Below, one piece after another: positions 37,396 through 48,809 of a stretch of DNA of 64,000 nt (positions are counted from its first letter, which is position 1; each line of letters starts with the position of its first letter). Both the position numbers and the translations under genes were made by a program. The stretch spans positions 3,133-67,132 of the IMG/VR virus record IMGVR_UViG_3300022602_000084, one strand, 5' to 3'. The notes below the pieces were generated by a model that made no database searches, had not been told where the DNA came from, and was given only the letters and a program-made list of their open reading frames with translations. The DNA comes from a virus.

Positions 37396-40300
37396 ATGAC
37401 CATGGCACTAGTTTCTCCAGGAGTTCAAATCTCCATAAATGACCAAAGTCAATATGTAAACAGCAATGTAGGATCAGTACCGTTAGTGGTATTGGCAACT
37501 GCTCAAAACAAAACCTATAACGGAGCAACAGCAGTTGGCACAACCGCTGCTTATGCAGGAAAACTACAGTCTTTTACCAGTCAACGTGACTTGGTAACAG
37601 CATTAGGTACACCAACATTTCAATTGAGTTCAACTGGTACTCCAGTTAACGGAAGCGAACTAAATGAATATGGTTTGTTGACTGCTTATAGTGCACTTGG
37701 TCTAGGCAATCAGTTGTACGCAATTCGTGCAAATATTGACCTAAATCAATTGACTGGAACAAGTATTCGTCCAACCGGAACCGAAGCTGATGGTACCTAT
37801 TGGTTGGACATCAACAACACCGAATTTGGCATTTATTCTTTGAATTCTAGCACCAGCTCATTCACCAGCATTGACAGTAATTTACTTAAAATCACCTCAG
37901 CTAGCCAAATCACACAAGATACAAATACCGGAAGCTATTCGTTTACAGTACCTGCTCCAGTTAGTAGCGTGGGGAATCCTGGACAATATGCCTTGGTATT
38001 TGACAGTAACGTTGGTGCGAGTGCCAGTGCTATAAGATTATTTTACAAAGGTACTACTACCAGTATTTCAGCAAACGTAGCCGGTGCACTCAACAACACT
38101 TGGGTACAAGTGGGATCGCCTGCTTGGCAAAACTGTGTTCCCACTGTGCAAGGAACTGTGTCGGCACCATCGATTACGGCTAGTAGTACTTTGCAAATCA
38201 ACGGTTCTAATGTAACTGTATCGGGCAGCGGACTAAGCAATTTGGTAACGGCTATTAACAATGCTGCAATTACCGGCGTAAGTGCTGCGTCAATTGGTAA
38301 CCAATTGACCTTCTTTGTAACCAGTCTTGCAGCCAGTGGTGCTGGCACACTGTCTTTAGTAGACGGTACTTACACTCCTTTAGCTGCTGCTGGAATAAAA
38401 ACCCTAAGCGGGTCTGCAATTTCAACAGTGTATGGCAGTCCTTCGGTGTTGTATTGTCCAGTACTGAGTTACGGTACTTTTGCACAAACCCCAAGTGGTG
38501 GCTGGTATACTACCGATACTCAACCTAAACCAACAGGAAGTATTTGGTGGAAAACAACTGCTACTGGTGGCGGATTTGCCCCAGTGTTTAATCAATACAG
38601 TGCAACTGCAGGAACTTGGAATCAGCTGACAGTTCCGTTTTACAGTTCTTACACAAATGCAATATACGGAATAGATCCGACTGGCGGAGGAATCAATATT
38701 CCGCACGGTCAGGTAATTGCTACCTATGGAGTCAACGATTCCACCTACAACTCGTTGCGATTTGCAGTAGAACTTGTGGCAACCGAATCAATTGGTACTG
38801 GCGGAACTCCTGGCACATTTACAGTTAGTAATCAATTTTCAATAAGTGCTACTCAACCGGGAACTACCAACACAACAAGTGCACTTGTCACACTAACAAC
38901 AACAACGGCAGCAGGATTTGTAGCAGCTGTATTGGCCGCTAACATTCCTTATGTTACTGCAACACTCAATGCCAATGGAACTATATCGATTATACACAAC
39001 TTGGGCGGACAACTGACGTTGACCAACATAACCGGTACTCCACTGACTACTGCGGGATTTGTTAGTGGACAAGGTTCAGGATTTAATGTAAATTCAGTAC
39101 TGAATACCATCATTATTACTAACTGGAGTGGTATCACTTCACAGACACAATACAGTGCAACAACACCGTATGCAAGCCCAGCATCGGGAACATATTGGTA
39201 TTACAGTAATCCAGCCGATATTGACATCATGATCAACAACAACGGTTGGAAAGCATACCGCACAGTTTCTAGCGATGTTAGAGGTTATGCGTTGACTGCA
39301 ACTGACGTAACCGGTGTTATTGTTAGCCCAACAGTTCCAACAAGTCAAGTCAGTGGTGCAAGTCTTGTGGCTGGGGATTTATGGTTAAACAGTGGCAACT
39401 TGGTTAACTATCCCAATATCAGTCGTTACAATGGCACATCTTGGGTGCAGATCAACAACCAAGATCACGTAAGCAATAACGGTATCATTTTTGCCGATGC
39501 ACGTTGGGACTCGTCGGGCACCACTGATCCAATCAGCGGATCGTTGCCAGTGATCAGTAACGGCACCGGAACCGGCGATTTGTTAAACACCACTTACATT
39601 GATCAAGACGCTCCAAACTATCAATTGTATCCACGCGGCACACTGTTGTTTAATACACGTCGTTCGGGATACAACGTCAAGAAATTTGTACAAAATTATT
39701 TTAATAGTACAAGTTTCCCAACACTGCCAAATGTACCTGGAGCAGCCAGTAACTTACCTACAGCAACTGGTACTTGGGTAAGTGCAAGTGGTTTAGACCA
39801 AAACGGAGTTATGTATGCTGGATCAGCTGCACAACGTGCACTGGTTGTTCAAGCCATGCAGAGTGCTGTAAACAGCAACACCGACGTAATCGAATCAAAT
39901 TACCAATTCAACTTGTTATGTGCTCCAAACTATCCAGAATTGATTCCTAGCTTGGTTGCACTTAACAACAATCGCGGCGACACTGGTTTTGTTATTGGCG
40001 ACACTCCAATGACTCTAACACCAACTGCAACTGCGTTGAGTGCTTGGAGCAATAATACAACCGGAAACGGTCTTGCAACAGCAAGTCCGTACTTGGCAGT
40101 ATACTATCCAGCTGGTCTAACAACCGACTTGGCAGGAAACAACGTGGTAGTGCCAGCAAGTCATGCTGCATTACGCACATATTTGTTCAATGATAATGTA
40201 AGTTATCCTTGGTTTGCTCCTGCAGGAACACATCGTGGCCTAGTAGACAATTTGTCTGATATTGGTTACATTGATGCTGCCAGCGGATCGTTTATCCATA

Positions 40301-40758
40301 ACGGTATTAATCAAGGATTGCGTGATGCATTGGCTCAAATCAATATCAATCCAATAACACAGTTGCCGGGTGTGGGACTTGTAATTTGGGGACAAGAAAC
40401 ACGCAGTGGTGATGAAACATCACGTAATCGTGTCAACGTTGTTCGCTTAGAAAACTATCTAAGAACAATATTGAACACAATCAGCAATGGTTATTTGTTT
40501 GAACCAAACGACACAATCACACGTAAATCAATCGCAACTCAAATTGAAAGTGCATTGAACAACATTGTAAGCCACCGTGGTATATACGATTATTTGGTAA
40601 TTTGTGATACTAGTAACAATACACCTAGCACGATTGCTAACAACCAACTTTATGTTGATGTAGCAATTGAACCAATGAAAGATGTTGAGTTTATTTACAT
40701 ACCGATTGCCTTGTATAATCCTGGAACAATCGCAGCACTAGGAGCGACTTCTACCTAA
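37396..40758 (+). CDS. g18: Tail sheath protein (T4 gp18-like) with large insertion domains
   Basis: LVSPGV N-terminus; PWFAPAG, INPI, WGQET, RVNVVRL, FEPND, EFIYI. Confidence 0.95.
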   Translation: MTMALVSPGVQISINDQSQYVNSNVGSVPLVVLATAQNKTYNGATAVGTTAAYAGKLQSFTSQRDLVTALGTPTFQLSSTGTPVNGSELNEYGLLTAYSALGLGNQLYAIRANIDLNQLTGTSIRPTGTEADGTYWLDINNTEFGIYSLNSSTSSFTSIDSNLLKITSASQITQDTNTGSYSFTVPAPVSSVGNPGQYALVFDSNVGASASAIRLFYKGTTTSISANVAGALNNTWVQVGSPAWQNCVPTVQGTVSAPSITASSTLQINGSNVTVSGSGLSNLVTAINNAAITGVSAASIGNQLTFFVTSLAASGAGTLSLVDGTYTPLAAAGIKTLSGSAISTVYGSPSVLYCPVLSYGTFAQTPSGGWYTTDTQPKPTGSIWWKTTATGGGFAPVFNQYSATAGTWNQLTVPFYSSYTNAIYGIDPTGGGINIPHGQVIATYGVNDSTYNSLRFAVELVATESIGTGGTPGTFTVSNQFSISATQPGTTNTTSALVTLTTTTAAGFVAAVLAANIPYVTATLNANGTISIIHNLGGQLTLTNITGTPLTTAGFVSGQGSGFNVNSVLNTIIITNWSGITSQTQYSATTPYASPASGTYWYYSNPADIDIMINNNGWKAYRTVSSDVRGYALTATDVTGVIVSPTVPTSQVSGASLVAGDLWLNSGNLVNYPNISRYNGTSWVQINNQDHVSNNGIIFADARWDSSGTTDPISGSLPVISNGTGTGDLLNTTYIDQDAPNYQLYPRGTLLFNTRRSGYNVKKFVQNYFNSTSFPTLPNVPGAASNLPTATGTWVSASGLDQNGVMYAGSAAQRALVVQAMQSAVNSNTDVIESNYQFNLLCAPNYPELIPSLVALNNNRGDTGFVIGDTPMTLTPTATALSAWSNNTTGNGLATASPYLAVYYPAGLTTDLAGNNVVVPASHAALRTYLFNDNVSYPWFAPAGTHRGLVDNLSDIGYIDAASGSFIHNGINQGLRDALAQININPITQLPGVGLVIWGQETRSGDETSRNRVNVVRLENYLRTILNTISNGYLFEPNDTITRKSIATQIESALNNIVSHRGIYDYLVICDTSNNTPSTIANNQLYVDVAIEPMKDVEFIYIPIALYNPGTIAALGATST

Positions 40759-40793
40759 TAGAATCGCATAAATAAGAGTAATAGGAGAATAAT

Positions 40794-41408
40794 ATGGCAG
40801 TAGCATCGTTAAGCAAATTTACAGTACCGTTGGCAAACAATCAGAGTAGTTCAACGCAGGGTCTGTTAATGCCCAAGTTAAAGTATCGCTTTCGTGCGAC
40901 CTTTGTAAATTTTGGCGTCAGCAGTCCCACAACAGAACTAACAAAACAAGTGGTTGATATCAAGCGTCCAAACGTCAATTTCAACCCGATCACTATTGAT
41001 GTTTATAACAGCAAAGTATATTTGCAAGGTAAACCCGAATGGCAAGAAACTACAGTTAACTTGCGTGATGATTCAACCGGATCAGTAAGCCAATTGGTTG
41101 GCGAGCAGATTCAGAAACAGTTTGACTTCTTGGAACAAGCAAGTGCACCAAGCGGTATCAATTACAAATTCCAATTGGTTTATGATATACTAGATGGTGG
41201 TAATGGCACAGTGGGACCAACAGTGCTTGAAAGCTGGGAACTGGATGGTTGCTTCTTGAGTCAAGTCGACTACGGTGAAATGGACTACAAGAGCAGTGAT
41301 CCAGTTCAAATCGCTTGTACCATCAAGTTTGACAATGCTATTCAAACTGTTGGTGGCGGAGTTGGCACAAGTGTAGTAACACAAACACCGGGTAGCAGTA
41401 TTAACTAA
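40794..41408 (+). CDS. g19: Tail tube protein (gp19-like)
   Basis: Follows the sheath gene; PKLKYRFR, GKPEW, WELDGCF motifs. Confidence 0.85.
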   Translation: MAVASLSKFTVPLANNQSSSTQGLLMPKLKYRFRATFVNFGVSSPTTELTKQVVDIKRPNVNFNPITIDVYNSKVYLQGKPEWQETTVNLRDDSTGSVSQLVGEQIQKQFDFLEQASAPSGINYKFQLVYDILDGGNGTVGPTVLESWELDGCFLSQVDYGEMDYKSSDPVQIACTIKFDNAIQTVGGGVGTSVVTQTPGSSIN

Positions 41409-41425
41409 TATTATTCTCTCTAATC

Positions 41426-41451
41426 AACCCGGATTAATCTCCGGGTTTTTT
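41426..41451 (+). terminator. Intrinsic terminator
   Basis: AACCCGGA-TTAATC-TCCGGGTTTTTT. Confidence 0.88.
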
Positions 41452-41468
41452 ATTGGCTAAATATTAAT

Positions 41469-43148
41469 ATGAGTATAAACGCCTTACTAACGCCTTCTAA
41501 CACAACGTACCAAAACGGTAGCCAAAAACCAGGTACTGTTATACTTCGTGACTATCGGCATGCTGCACGTATATTTGTCGACAGCGACTTTAGACTCAGT
41601 CCCAAATACAATTTCTTATTTTATGTGGAATTTGATTTAAATCCTCTTATAACCAATATATCAAATACCACTGCCCAAGAAATGGGCATGATTGTAAAAA
41701 GTGTAAACTTACCAAAATACACAATTGGGGTCAAAGAACACAACTCGTACAATCGTAAAAATTATGTACAGAACAATATCAAATACGATCCTGTTACAAT
41801 TTCGTTTCACGATGATCAAAGCGATACTGTGAGAAACTTTTGGTACGACTATTACAGTTATTATTATCGCGATCCCGATTATGCCGATGCCACTTACGGG
41901 GCGCCAACAAAATATCAAAGCCGTCCAACTTTTAATTGGGGATACACTCCTCGCCCGGCAGTAGGCTACAACAGCAGTGCCGGAGTACAACCGTATCAGT
42001 ACATACAGGCAATTCGTATATACAGTCTATATCAAAAGAACTTTAGCGAATACGAATTGATCAACCCCATCATTACCAGTTTCAAGCACGGTGACCATGT
42101 CAATGGCGAACAAGGACTAATGAGTCATGACATGACAGTGCAATTTGAAACTGTCAAATATCAAACTGGTTATACCACAACTGGAACAGTTGGTGGCTAT
42201 ATAGATTTACACTATGACAATACTCCCAGTCCAATAGCACCCATTGGCGGCACCAACTTGGTCGACAACGGACAAGGCGGTGCTTCCAACGCACCCAGTA
42301 CCATTACCGATCTAGCAAATAATGCAACCGATATCAACCCCAGTTTAATGAGCCAAGCATCATTAAAAGCAGCCACAGTGCTTCCCAGTGTTGCCTATGC
42401 CGACGCATTTGGCGGAGTTGTGACTGCTATAGCCGGAACTGGCGGAACCAACAACGGTGGGTTAAGCATACCTAGTCTTGGCAGTTTGACACAGGGCCTG
42501 ACCAGTAGTGCAGTATTGGGACAACAATTGGCAGCAGCCGGCATTGGCATTGCCGGTAGTGCAGCAACCACATTAGCCAACGGAGTCACTGGCGGACTAG
42601 CCGCAGGACTGGGACCAAACGGTAACAGTATATTGTCCCTTGCCGCGGCCGCAATCGCCAATCCGCAAGCAGTAATTAAGACTGCTGAAAACATGGTGGT
42701 TGGTGCTGCGACTAGTGCAGTATCAGCGGCAGTAAATACCGCAGTGAGTCAATTTGTTTCTAAAAATATTACGCCGGTATTTAATCAGCTGGGACAACAA
42801 ATATCACAAACAGCATCAAGTGCCTGGGCTGACCTAACACGCCCGGCATTGCCGGCCCCGACTATTGCTGCTGACGGCACAGTGTCGCAGGCCTTGCCCA
42901 ATGGCAACCAAATTTCTACCATTCCCAACGCTGACGGAACCTTTACACAGATTACAGAAGATAGCAACGGTAATATTTTATCGTCAACAACGTTACCGGC
43001 AGATGCAGTCAATCCCGGTATACCGGCTGTGGACACTGGCTATGTTGATTTAACCGACGCACAAGTCAATGCTGACCTTGGTTCTTGGGCCGCTGACGTT
43101 CCTGCAGTGGATATTGTGCCTATAGACATTACCGGTGCATTGTCTTAA
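41469..43148 (+). CDS. Tail-tube-fold baseplate protein (gp48/gp54-like) with Ala/Gly-rich tail
   Basis: VKSVNLPK...YNRK...YDPVTISFHDD tube-family pattern. Confidence 0.65.
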   Translation: MSINALLTPSNTTYQNGSQKPGTVILRDYRHAARIFVDSDFRLSPKYNFLFYVEFDLNPLITNISNTTAQEMGMIVKSVNLPKYTIGVKEHNSYNRKNYVQNNIKYDPVTISFHDDQSDTVRNFWYDYYSYYYRDPDYADATYGAPTKYQSRPTFNWGYTPRPAVGYNSSAGVQPYQYIQAIRIYSLYQKNFSEYELINPIITSFKHGDHVNGEQGLMSHDMTVQFETVKYQTGYTTTGTVGGYIDLHYDNTPSPIAPIGGTNLVDNGQGGASNAPSTITDLANNATDINPSLMSQASLKAATVLPSVAYADAFGGVVTAIAGTGGTNNGGLSIPSLGSLTQGLTSSAVLGQQLAAAGIGIAGSAATTLANGVTGGLAAGLGPNGNSILSLAAAAIANPQAVIKTAENMVVGAATSAVSAAVNTAVSQFVSKNITPVFNQLGQQISQTASSAWADLTRPALPAPTIAADGTVSQALPNGNQISTIPNADGTFTQITEDSNGNILSSTTLPADAVNPGIPAVDTGYVDLTDAQVNADLGSWAADVPAVDIVPIDITGALS

Positions 43149-43154
43149 TACTAT

Positions 43155-43550
43155 ATGTCAACTTATCAAGTATCAACAGCAACCAACGTAACCGGACCGG
43201 TAGCAAATCAAAATGCACAAACCAATCCGGCACCCAAATACTTCAATAACTTTTACAGTATTCCGTTCAACGTCAGTGCCAACACCAATGATGCAATAGT
43301 ATCTTTCTTTGAAGAATATGCCAACAATGCAACAACCGCACAGAACTTGGCTGCTTCGGTGTTGTATACTGCTCAAGCACAAAATATTGATCCGTTGACG
43401 GTATTGGCCCAATTTCAATCATTGCCCAAAGGCGAATTGAGCAGTTATCTGATTGCATTTTTAAACAGTAATCGAGTTCCTACCAGTGTGTTAGGTGTAA
43501 AGAAATCGTTGCAAACCAGTCCCTACGTAACTAGAACTATACTGCTATGA
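43155..43550 (+). CDS. Hypothetical protein
   Basis: In operon, overlapping the next start. Confidence 0.7.
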   Translation: MSTYQVSTATNVTGPVANQNAQTNPAPKYFNNFYSIPFNVSANTNDAIVSFFEEYANNATTAQNLAASVLYTAQAQNIDPLTVLAQFQSLPKGELSSYLIAFLNSNRVPTSVLGVKKSLQTSPYVTRTILL

Positions 43551-43981
43551 GCAAATACGCCAACGGCATGTTTCAATTAACAAACCCAAGCAAATATGTG
43601 GGCAAAAAAGATCCACATTACCGCAGCAGTTGGGAACATGCAGTGATGCGTATGTTGGACAACAATCCGGCCATTCTGCAATGGGCCAATGAATCAATAC
43701 ATATAAATTATCGCAATCCCTTTACTGGCAAGCAAACAATTTATGTGCCTGACTTCTTTGTGATGTACACTGATGCAAATCAAGCAAAACACGCAGAACT
43801 TTGGGAAGTCAAACCCAAAAAAGAAACCACACTGGAAAATGCTCGCAGTACCAGAGACAAAGCAGCCGCAGTATTAAACATGGCCAAATGGCAAGCAGCA
43901 CGAGCCTGGTGCAGTGCACACAATTTGCAATTCAGAATCTTGACTGAAGAACAAATTTTTCATCAAGGTGTTGGCAAATAA
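43547..43981 (+). CDS. g4: Head completion nuclease (T4 gp4-like, TnsA-like)
   Basis: NPSKYVG, YRSSWE, WANE, YVPDF, EVKP, KWQAA, FRILTE. Confidence 0.9.
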   Translation: MSKYANGMFQLTNPSKYVGKKDPHYRSSWEHAVMRMLDNNPAILQWANESIHINYRNPFTGKQTIYVPDFFVMYTDANQAKHAELWEVKPKKETTLENARSTRDKAAAVLNMAKWQAARAWCSAHNLQFRILTEEQIFHQGVGK

Positions 43982-43988
43982 ATAAGGT

Positions 43989-44492
43989 ATGACCAAACAA
44001 CTAGAAGCCTTATTAAATCTTCCGGCCAGCGCACAAGACGACACTACGGCACAAGAAGCACTCGAGTTCATTCGAGAAAATGAAACAATCATCCACGAAG
44101 TAGACACGGCAATTAGCAAAATAGATGCTGCTCTGCCCTTGGTGCGTGACCTAGAACGTGGTGATGCCGAGCTGGATGAACTGGCTGACCTAGCAAAAAG
44201 CAAAGCCGAAGACCTCATGGACCTGGGCATGAATATTGATCCCAGATTTGCTGGTGTTATCATGCAGACTGCGGGCACAATGTTGGGCCATGCGATCACT
44301 GCAAAAACTGCTAAAATGGATAAAAAGTTGCGTATGATCAATCTACAGTTGGCCAAGGCCAGACTGGATCATCAGATTCGTAAAGATACCAAAAGCGGTG
44401 AAGCCGATGTGGACGAACCCGTTGAGGGGAAAGGTATTGTGCTGGATCGTAACGAGTTACTGAAACAAATACTGAACAAGCAGACCAAATAA
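43989..44492 (+). CDS. Probable terminase small subunit (gp16-like)
   Basis: Size, helical pattern and LDRNELLK C-terminus; located in the packaging module. Confidence 0.55.
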   Translation: MTKQLEALLNLPASAQDDTTAQEALEFIRENETIIHEVDTAISKIDAALPLVRDLERGDAELDELADLAKSKAEDLMDLGMNIDPRFAGVIMQTAGTMLGHAITAKTAKMDKKLRMINLQLAKARLDHQIRKDTKSGEADVDEPVEGKGIVLDRNELLKQILNKQTK

Positions 44493-44524
44493 TCGGAACT
44501 CAACTAAATATACAATATAGGATC

Positions 44525-45160
44525 ATGACAATGAAACCATTCCAATCTTACGTCTTTGAGCTACAAAGACCACACGAATTCCGTATTAAGTTAGCCGGTG
44601 TTAATCCCAAAGGCGAAACTATGGACCGAATCAAAATGGCATTAGAAACTTACCAATTGGAAAGTATCAGTGCAGTTAAAAGTTTACCAATTCAAGAGCA
44701 CAGAGAATTTCCGCAGTGGGGCGGTGCTTGCGAGTGCTGGCAATTTGATATCAAAGTTGCCTATCCTGCAACCACTATCGGCATCATGCAAACCTTGAAA
44801 GAACGTGCACAACTAAATCCAAGTTGGATGCATGTACGTAACTTACACGAAGCCGAATTCACTGACGAAGCCGAAGCAGTGGGACACGATCAAAAGGGTG
44901 CATTACTTGACGATCCCGAATTGAAAGACGTTAAAGGTGCACAAGATTTGGTTGGACCCGGACGTGTTGCAAGTCTGATTGCCGAACTAGAAAAGCACAC
45001 ACGCAAATATGAAACTGCCGGCAAAGACACGAATGCAGATCAAGTTCGTGAGAAAAGTTCTACTAAAGGCACAACAACAAACGATAAAAAAGTCCCACAA
45101 GGTAATACGAGCACCATGGGCACAACAAAAAATAAACTGCAAGGTAAAAGAGGACAATAA
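44525..45160 (+). CDS. Hypothetical protein, possible internal head protein
   Basis: Late promoter; MKPFQSYVFE N-terminus. Confidence 0.7.
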   Translation: MTMKPFQSYVFELQRPHEFRIKLAGVNPKGETMDRIKMALETYQLESISAVKSLPIQEHREFPQWGGACECWQFDIKVAYPATTIGIMQTLKERAQLNPSWMHVRNLHEAEFTDEAEAVGHDQKGALLDDPELKDVKGAQDLVGPGRVASLIAELEKHTRKYETAGKDTNADQVREKSSTKGTTTNDKKVPQGNTSTMGTTKNKLQGKRGQ

Positions 45161-45162
45161 CG

Positions 45163-47790
45163 ATGAGCCAAAATCACCCACACGATAACATTTATAATAT
45201 TTTAGGTAAGTTGAAAGCTCTTGAGCCAACCCCTGCAGAAACTGTAAAAGCCAAAGCACAACAAATACGTGAAAGCGTAGATGCACAAGGCAGTATCCTT
45301 AAAGGTTTACGTGAAGTAAGCGACGTTGAGCAACGTTTATCACAAATGTTTGCTGAAACTAAAAAAGTTTCTGAATCGCCGGGTGTAGCAGAATGTGCCA
45401 TGTGCGAAGAAGGTACATGTACTGAACACGGTGTGGCGGAAGGCACAATCCACAAAGGCACATACGGTACCAGTTATGATCCTAGCGACGAAGAGAAAAA
45501 AGACAAGCCCAAGCATGTACCTCGCAAGGGCGAGACAGGGGCACGTACCAAAGCAGAAAGACAAGCTGCAGGAGATGCTGCCCCAGATCTAAGTACCAGT
45601 CATTTGGGATCAAATCCTTTCTCACAAAAAGTTGTTAAACAACCAAAAGTCTGGAAAGGACCATCAACAAAGATCTCGGGCGCACGCAGCGATGACACAA
45701 CCAATGCCGACGACACTGGCGATACTGCCGAACAACGTGCCAAGAAATTAAAAGCCAAATTTAAAAAGACCGGAAAAATTGGCGAAGTAATCACAAAGAA
45801 AACTTCAGCTGGTGATATTATACATGACTTCCAAAAATCTAAAAACCCTAAGTTCTCTGGTAAAAGCAAAGAACAACGCAAGAACCAAGCATTAGGTGCT
45901 TACTATGGTATGCATCCTGAAAAGAGCAACAAAAACGAAGGCATCATTGGTAATGTAATTAACCGTGGCAAAGAAGCATGGAACACACATCAAGCTAATC
46001 GACAATTTGATAGACTGAGTGCCGAGCAAAATAAAATAGCTGCAGGCAAAACAGATCCAGCGATTGGTCAAGAAAGAATGAACGCCATGCAATCTCAAAT
46101 TAGAAAGTACGGCAACAAAGCACAGGCTGCACGTCTAGCACGTACTGGTAGCACGTTATCTAAAAATTCAACGTATGGAAGAGATCAAGATGCCGCAAAC
46201 ATTGCAAGATTAAAACAACAAGGCATGGCAGAAATGAGTTTGAAAGAAAGCCTACAACAAGTAGAGCGTAAAGTAATACTTGAAGCCAACTTAAAAGAAC
46301 TAACAAAACAACATCACATGACTATGGATGAGATGTTAGAGTGTTTACGTAACGATGCACAAGCCTACAAGACTCATGGACACATGAGCAACTTGTTACG
46401 TGATTGCATGGACATGCATACACACAACAAGAACTATATGCCAGCATTGGCCGACGAAGGCACAGAAAAACCCAGTATGATGAACCGACTAGGTAGTGCA
46501 ATTAAAACTGGTGCAAAACATGTGGCACATGGTGTTAATAAAGTAGTAGGACATCCATCAGATGACGAATTATTAGATCGACTACATCGAGACAGTGTAG
46601 ATGGTCCTGACGCAATTGATCAACACTTTCCACAAGCTCCTGACCAGTTCAATGAAGAACTACAAAAACTAGCCGAACTAGCTGGATTGACTTTAGAAAA
46701 CAATTATATTGACATGGAAGAAGAAACACGTGGACAATATATCAAGGACAAAGAAGCCGAATCTAGAGCGCATGGCCAACATACTGCACATGCATTTGGT
46801 CAAGACTTTGAAGTAGACGAAGGCGAAGCAGAAGTTTCTGAAAGATGGGATCCAGTAGAAGAAGTCAAACGGTCGGCTATGGAATATATGAACACTAGTG
46901 GAATACGTAGTGTACATGATTTAGATGCAGAAGCCATTCAATATATCGGCGATGAAAATCAAATCAATTACTCGGAAGTTTGTAAGATTCTTGGATGCGA
47001 ATTACCAGAGGAATTGGGTCCAATTGATGCTGATGAAGTAGATGAAGGCGGCGGTGCTGGAATATTCCATCATGATGCTGAAATAGCCAAAGCCAAGGGC
47101 GAAAAAACTTTTGTTGGTCCCGATGGGGAAACACATCCAGTCACAATTGAAGAAGACCCAATGGCAGATAGCAATGATGTAGTTTCTGTAAACGAACTAC
47201 GTCGCTTGGCCGGAATGCCAGTTGATGAAACCGAAGGTGAGGACGACTGGAATGATTCTTTAGACGGCGAGCGTGAAGATCCCAATGGTTGGGACGATGA
47301 TTTGCAAGCCATAACAGATCAATATTGTGATTTGTATTATCAATCACACGAGGGGTACGGCAATGACAATGAAGATCCAGAACAATTTTTTGGCAAAATA
47401 GAATCACAACTACAAGCAATTGAGAATGATGTTGCTGAAAAATTTGGACCCGAAGCAGTGGCCAAAATGAAAAAAGCCGCAATGCATGAGTATTGGGGCA
47501 ATGATCAAGATTTAGATGAAGCCGATGCTCCGGTAGTTGAGCCAAAAACACAACCAGTAAACAATGCCGAGCATAACGAGTATCGTTCAATGCGTGGTAG
47601 CACAATGGGTCCGGGCGAAGGTGATCCGGGCGAGAAACGTATGTATCCTCCATCAGGCGGTGCTGCTCCTGGTGCCGACAACGGCATGACTGAACCTGCA
47701 CGTAAAATGCCAATTAAAGATGGCGTTAAAGAAAGTGCACTTGAATCACGTTTGGCTGCCGAATACGAAAGTATTAAAAAGTCCAAGTAA
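45163..47790 (+). CDS. Large acidic mosaic protein, probable internal head / core protein
   Basis: 875 aa, low complexity, many Glu-ending segments, LAELAGL and LRRLAGM motifs. Confidence 0.65.
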   Translation: MSQNHPHDNIYNILGKLKALEPTPAETVKAKAQQIRESVDAQGSILKGLREVSDVEQRLSQMFAETKKVSESPGVAECAMCEEGTCTEHGVAEGTIHKGTYGTSYDPSDEEKKDKPKHVPRKGETGARTKAERQAAGDAAPDLSTSHLGSNPFSQKVVKQPKVWKGPSTKISGARSDDTTNADDTGDTAEQRAKKLKAKFKKTGKIGEVITKKTSAGDIIHDFQKSKNPKFSGKSKEQRKNQALGAYYGMHPEKSNKNEGIIGNVINRGKEAWNTHQANRQFDRLSAEQNKIAAGKTDPAIGQERMNAMQSQIRKYGNKAQAARLARTGSTLSKNSTYGRDQDAANIARLKQQGMAEMSLKESLQQVERKVILEANLKELTKQHHMTMDEMLECLRNDAQAYKTHGHMSNLLRDCMDMHTHNKNYMPALADEGTEKPSMMNRLGSAIKTGAKHVAHGVNKVVGHPSDDELLDRLHRDSVDGPDAIDQHFPQAPDQFNEELQKLAELAGLTLENNYIDMEEETRGQYIKDKEAESRAHGQHTAHAFGQDFEVDEGEAEVSERWDPVEEVKRSAMEYMNTSGIRSVHDLDAEAIQYIGDENQINYSEVCKILGCELPEELGPIDADEVDEGGGAGIFHHDAEIAKAKGEKTFVGPDGETHPVTIEEDPMADSNDVVSVNELRRLAGMPVDETEGEDDWNDSLDGEREDPNGWDDDLQAITDQYCDLYYQSHEGYGNDNEDPEQFFGKIESQLQAIENDVAEKFGPEAVAKMKKAAMHEYWGNDQDLDEADAPVVEPKTQPVNNAEHNEYRSMRGSTMGPGEGDPGEKRMYPPSGGAAPGADNGMTEPARKMPIKDGVKESALESRLAAEYESIKKSK

Positions 47791-48215
47791 TGAAACAGTA
47801 TCGCATCACCAGTGCCAACTTTGTACCTCAAGGAGAAACTGGTGACGCCGATGCGTTCATTGATCCCAATGAACTACGTGATTTAAAACGCCTTGCTGGT
47901 ATGCCGGTATTTGAAGATTCTGGCGGCATGACCGATAACGGTGCCGGACCGGTTGGTGGCAATTTAGACAATGTGCCCTGGGAAAAAGAAACTGGCATAC
48001 GCAGTCCAGTAGGCAGCCTACAACACCGATTGGCCCTAGAGCGTCGTCAATTACTCGACGAGTATGCAGTCACTACCGGCAGCGATCTTTGGTTCATAAT
48101 CATGTTTACCAATCCTCGCGAAGGCGGCAAAAATCTCAAACAGTACGTTGAAGAGTATCTAGAAAAAAATCCCAAGTACAAACCCAAATTGGCACCGGGC
48201 ACTAGCCCCAATTAA
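47790..48215 (+). CDS. Hypothetical protein
   Basis: Coupled start (TAATG); DLKRLAGM motif. Confidence 0.7.
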   Translation: MKQYRITSANFVPQGETGDADAFIDPNELRDLKRLAGMPVFEDSGGMTDNGAGPVGGNLDNVPWEKETGIRSPVGSLQHRLALERRQLLDEYAVTTGSDLWFIIMFTNPREGGKNLKQYVEEYLEKNPKYKPKLAPGTSPN

Positions 48216-48748
48216 CGACTAGCAACCTTTTTGTCAGTGCCCAAGTATTGGTTCCATGACTCTTGCCTAACCGTAAACGGCATTTCCTTCCACTTTTTAA
48301 CTAGTGCATAGTAATCGGGCTTGTAGGGTTTGATCCGGGGCAAGATGTTGGTCTTACTACCTTTATGAAAGTTACAAGTCTTGCAAGCAGTTACACAGTT
48401 AGTCCAATTGGTCTTACCACCACTAACACGTGGCACAACGTGGTCTATGGTCAAGTCTTCAAAATCAAACACATCCGAGCAGTATTGACATTGAAATAAG
48501 TCACGTAGATACATGTTGTACCTACTGAAACGTACACCCTTTTTGTAGTGAAAGTAGTCCTTGGTTACGCATACACTAGGCACATTAATAGTCAAATGTT
48601 CGGAACGGATTAACCAATCAGGATAAGTTTCGAGTACATTAACTCGGCCCAGGAACATGAGTTTGATGGCATGTTGCCAATTGATCACGCTAAGTGGTAG
48701 TATACTAATTGGTTCGTAGTTGCTGTTGAGCAACAAAGTATCACTCAT
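48212..48748 (-). CDS. McrA-type HNH endonuclease
   Basis: RDLFQCQYC, TIDHVVPRVSGG, WTNCVTACKTCNFHKG; GAGG RBS. Confidence 0.9.
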   Translation of the reverse strand: MSDTLLLNSNYEPISILPLSVINWQHAIKLMFLGRVNVLETYPDWLIRSEHLTINVPSVCVTKDYFHYKKGVRFSRYNMYLRDLFQCQYCSDVFDFEDLTIDHVVPRVSGGKTNWTNCVTACKTCNFHKGSKTNILPRIKPYKPDYYALVKKWKEMPFTVRQESWNQYLGTDKKVASR

Positions 48749-48809
48749 TTTGATTACCTCTTTTTGAAATGGTGTTAAATATACTTATATTATATAGCGA
48801 TTATCATTT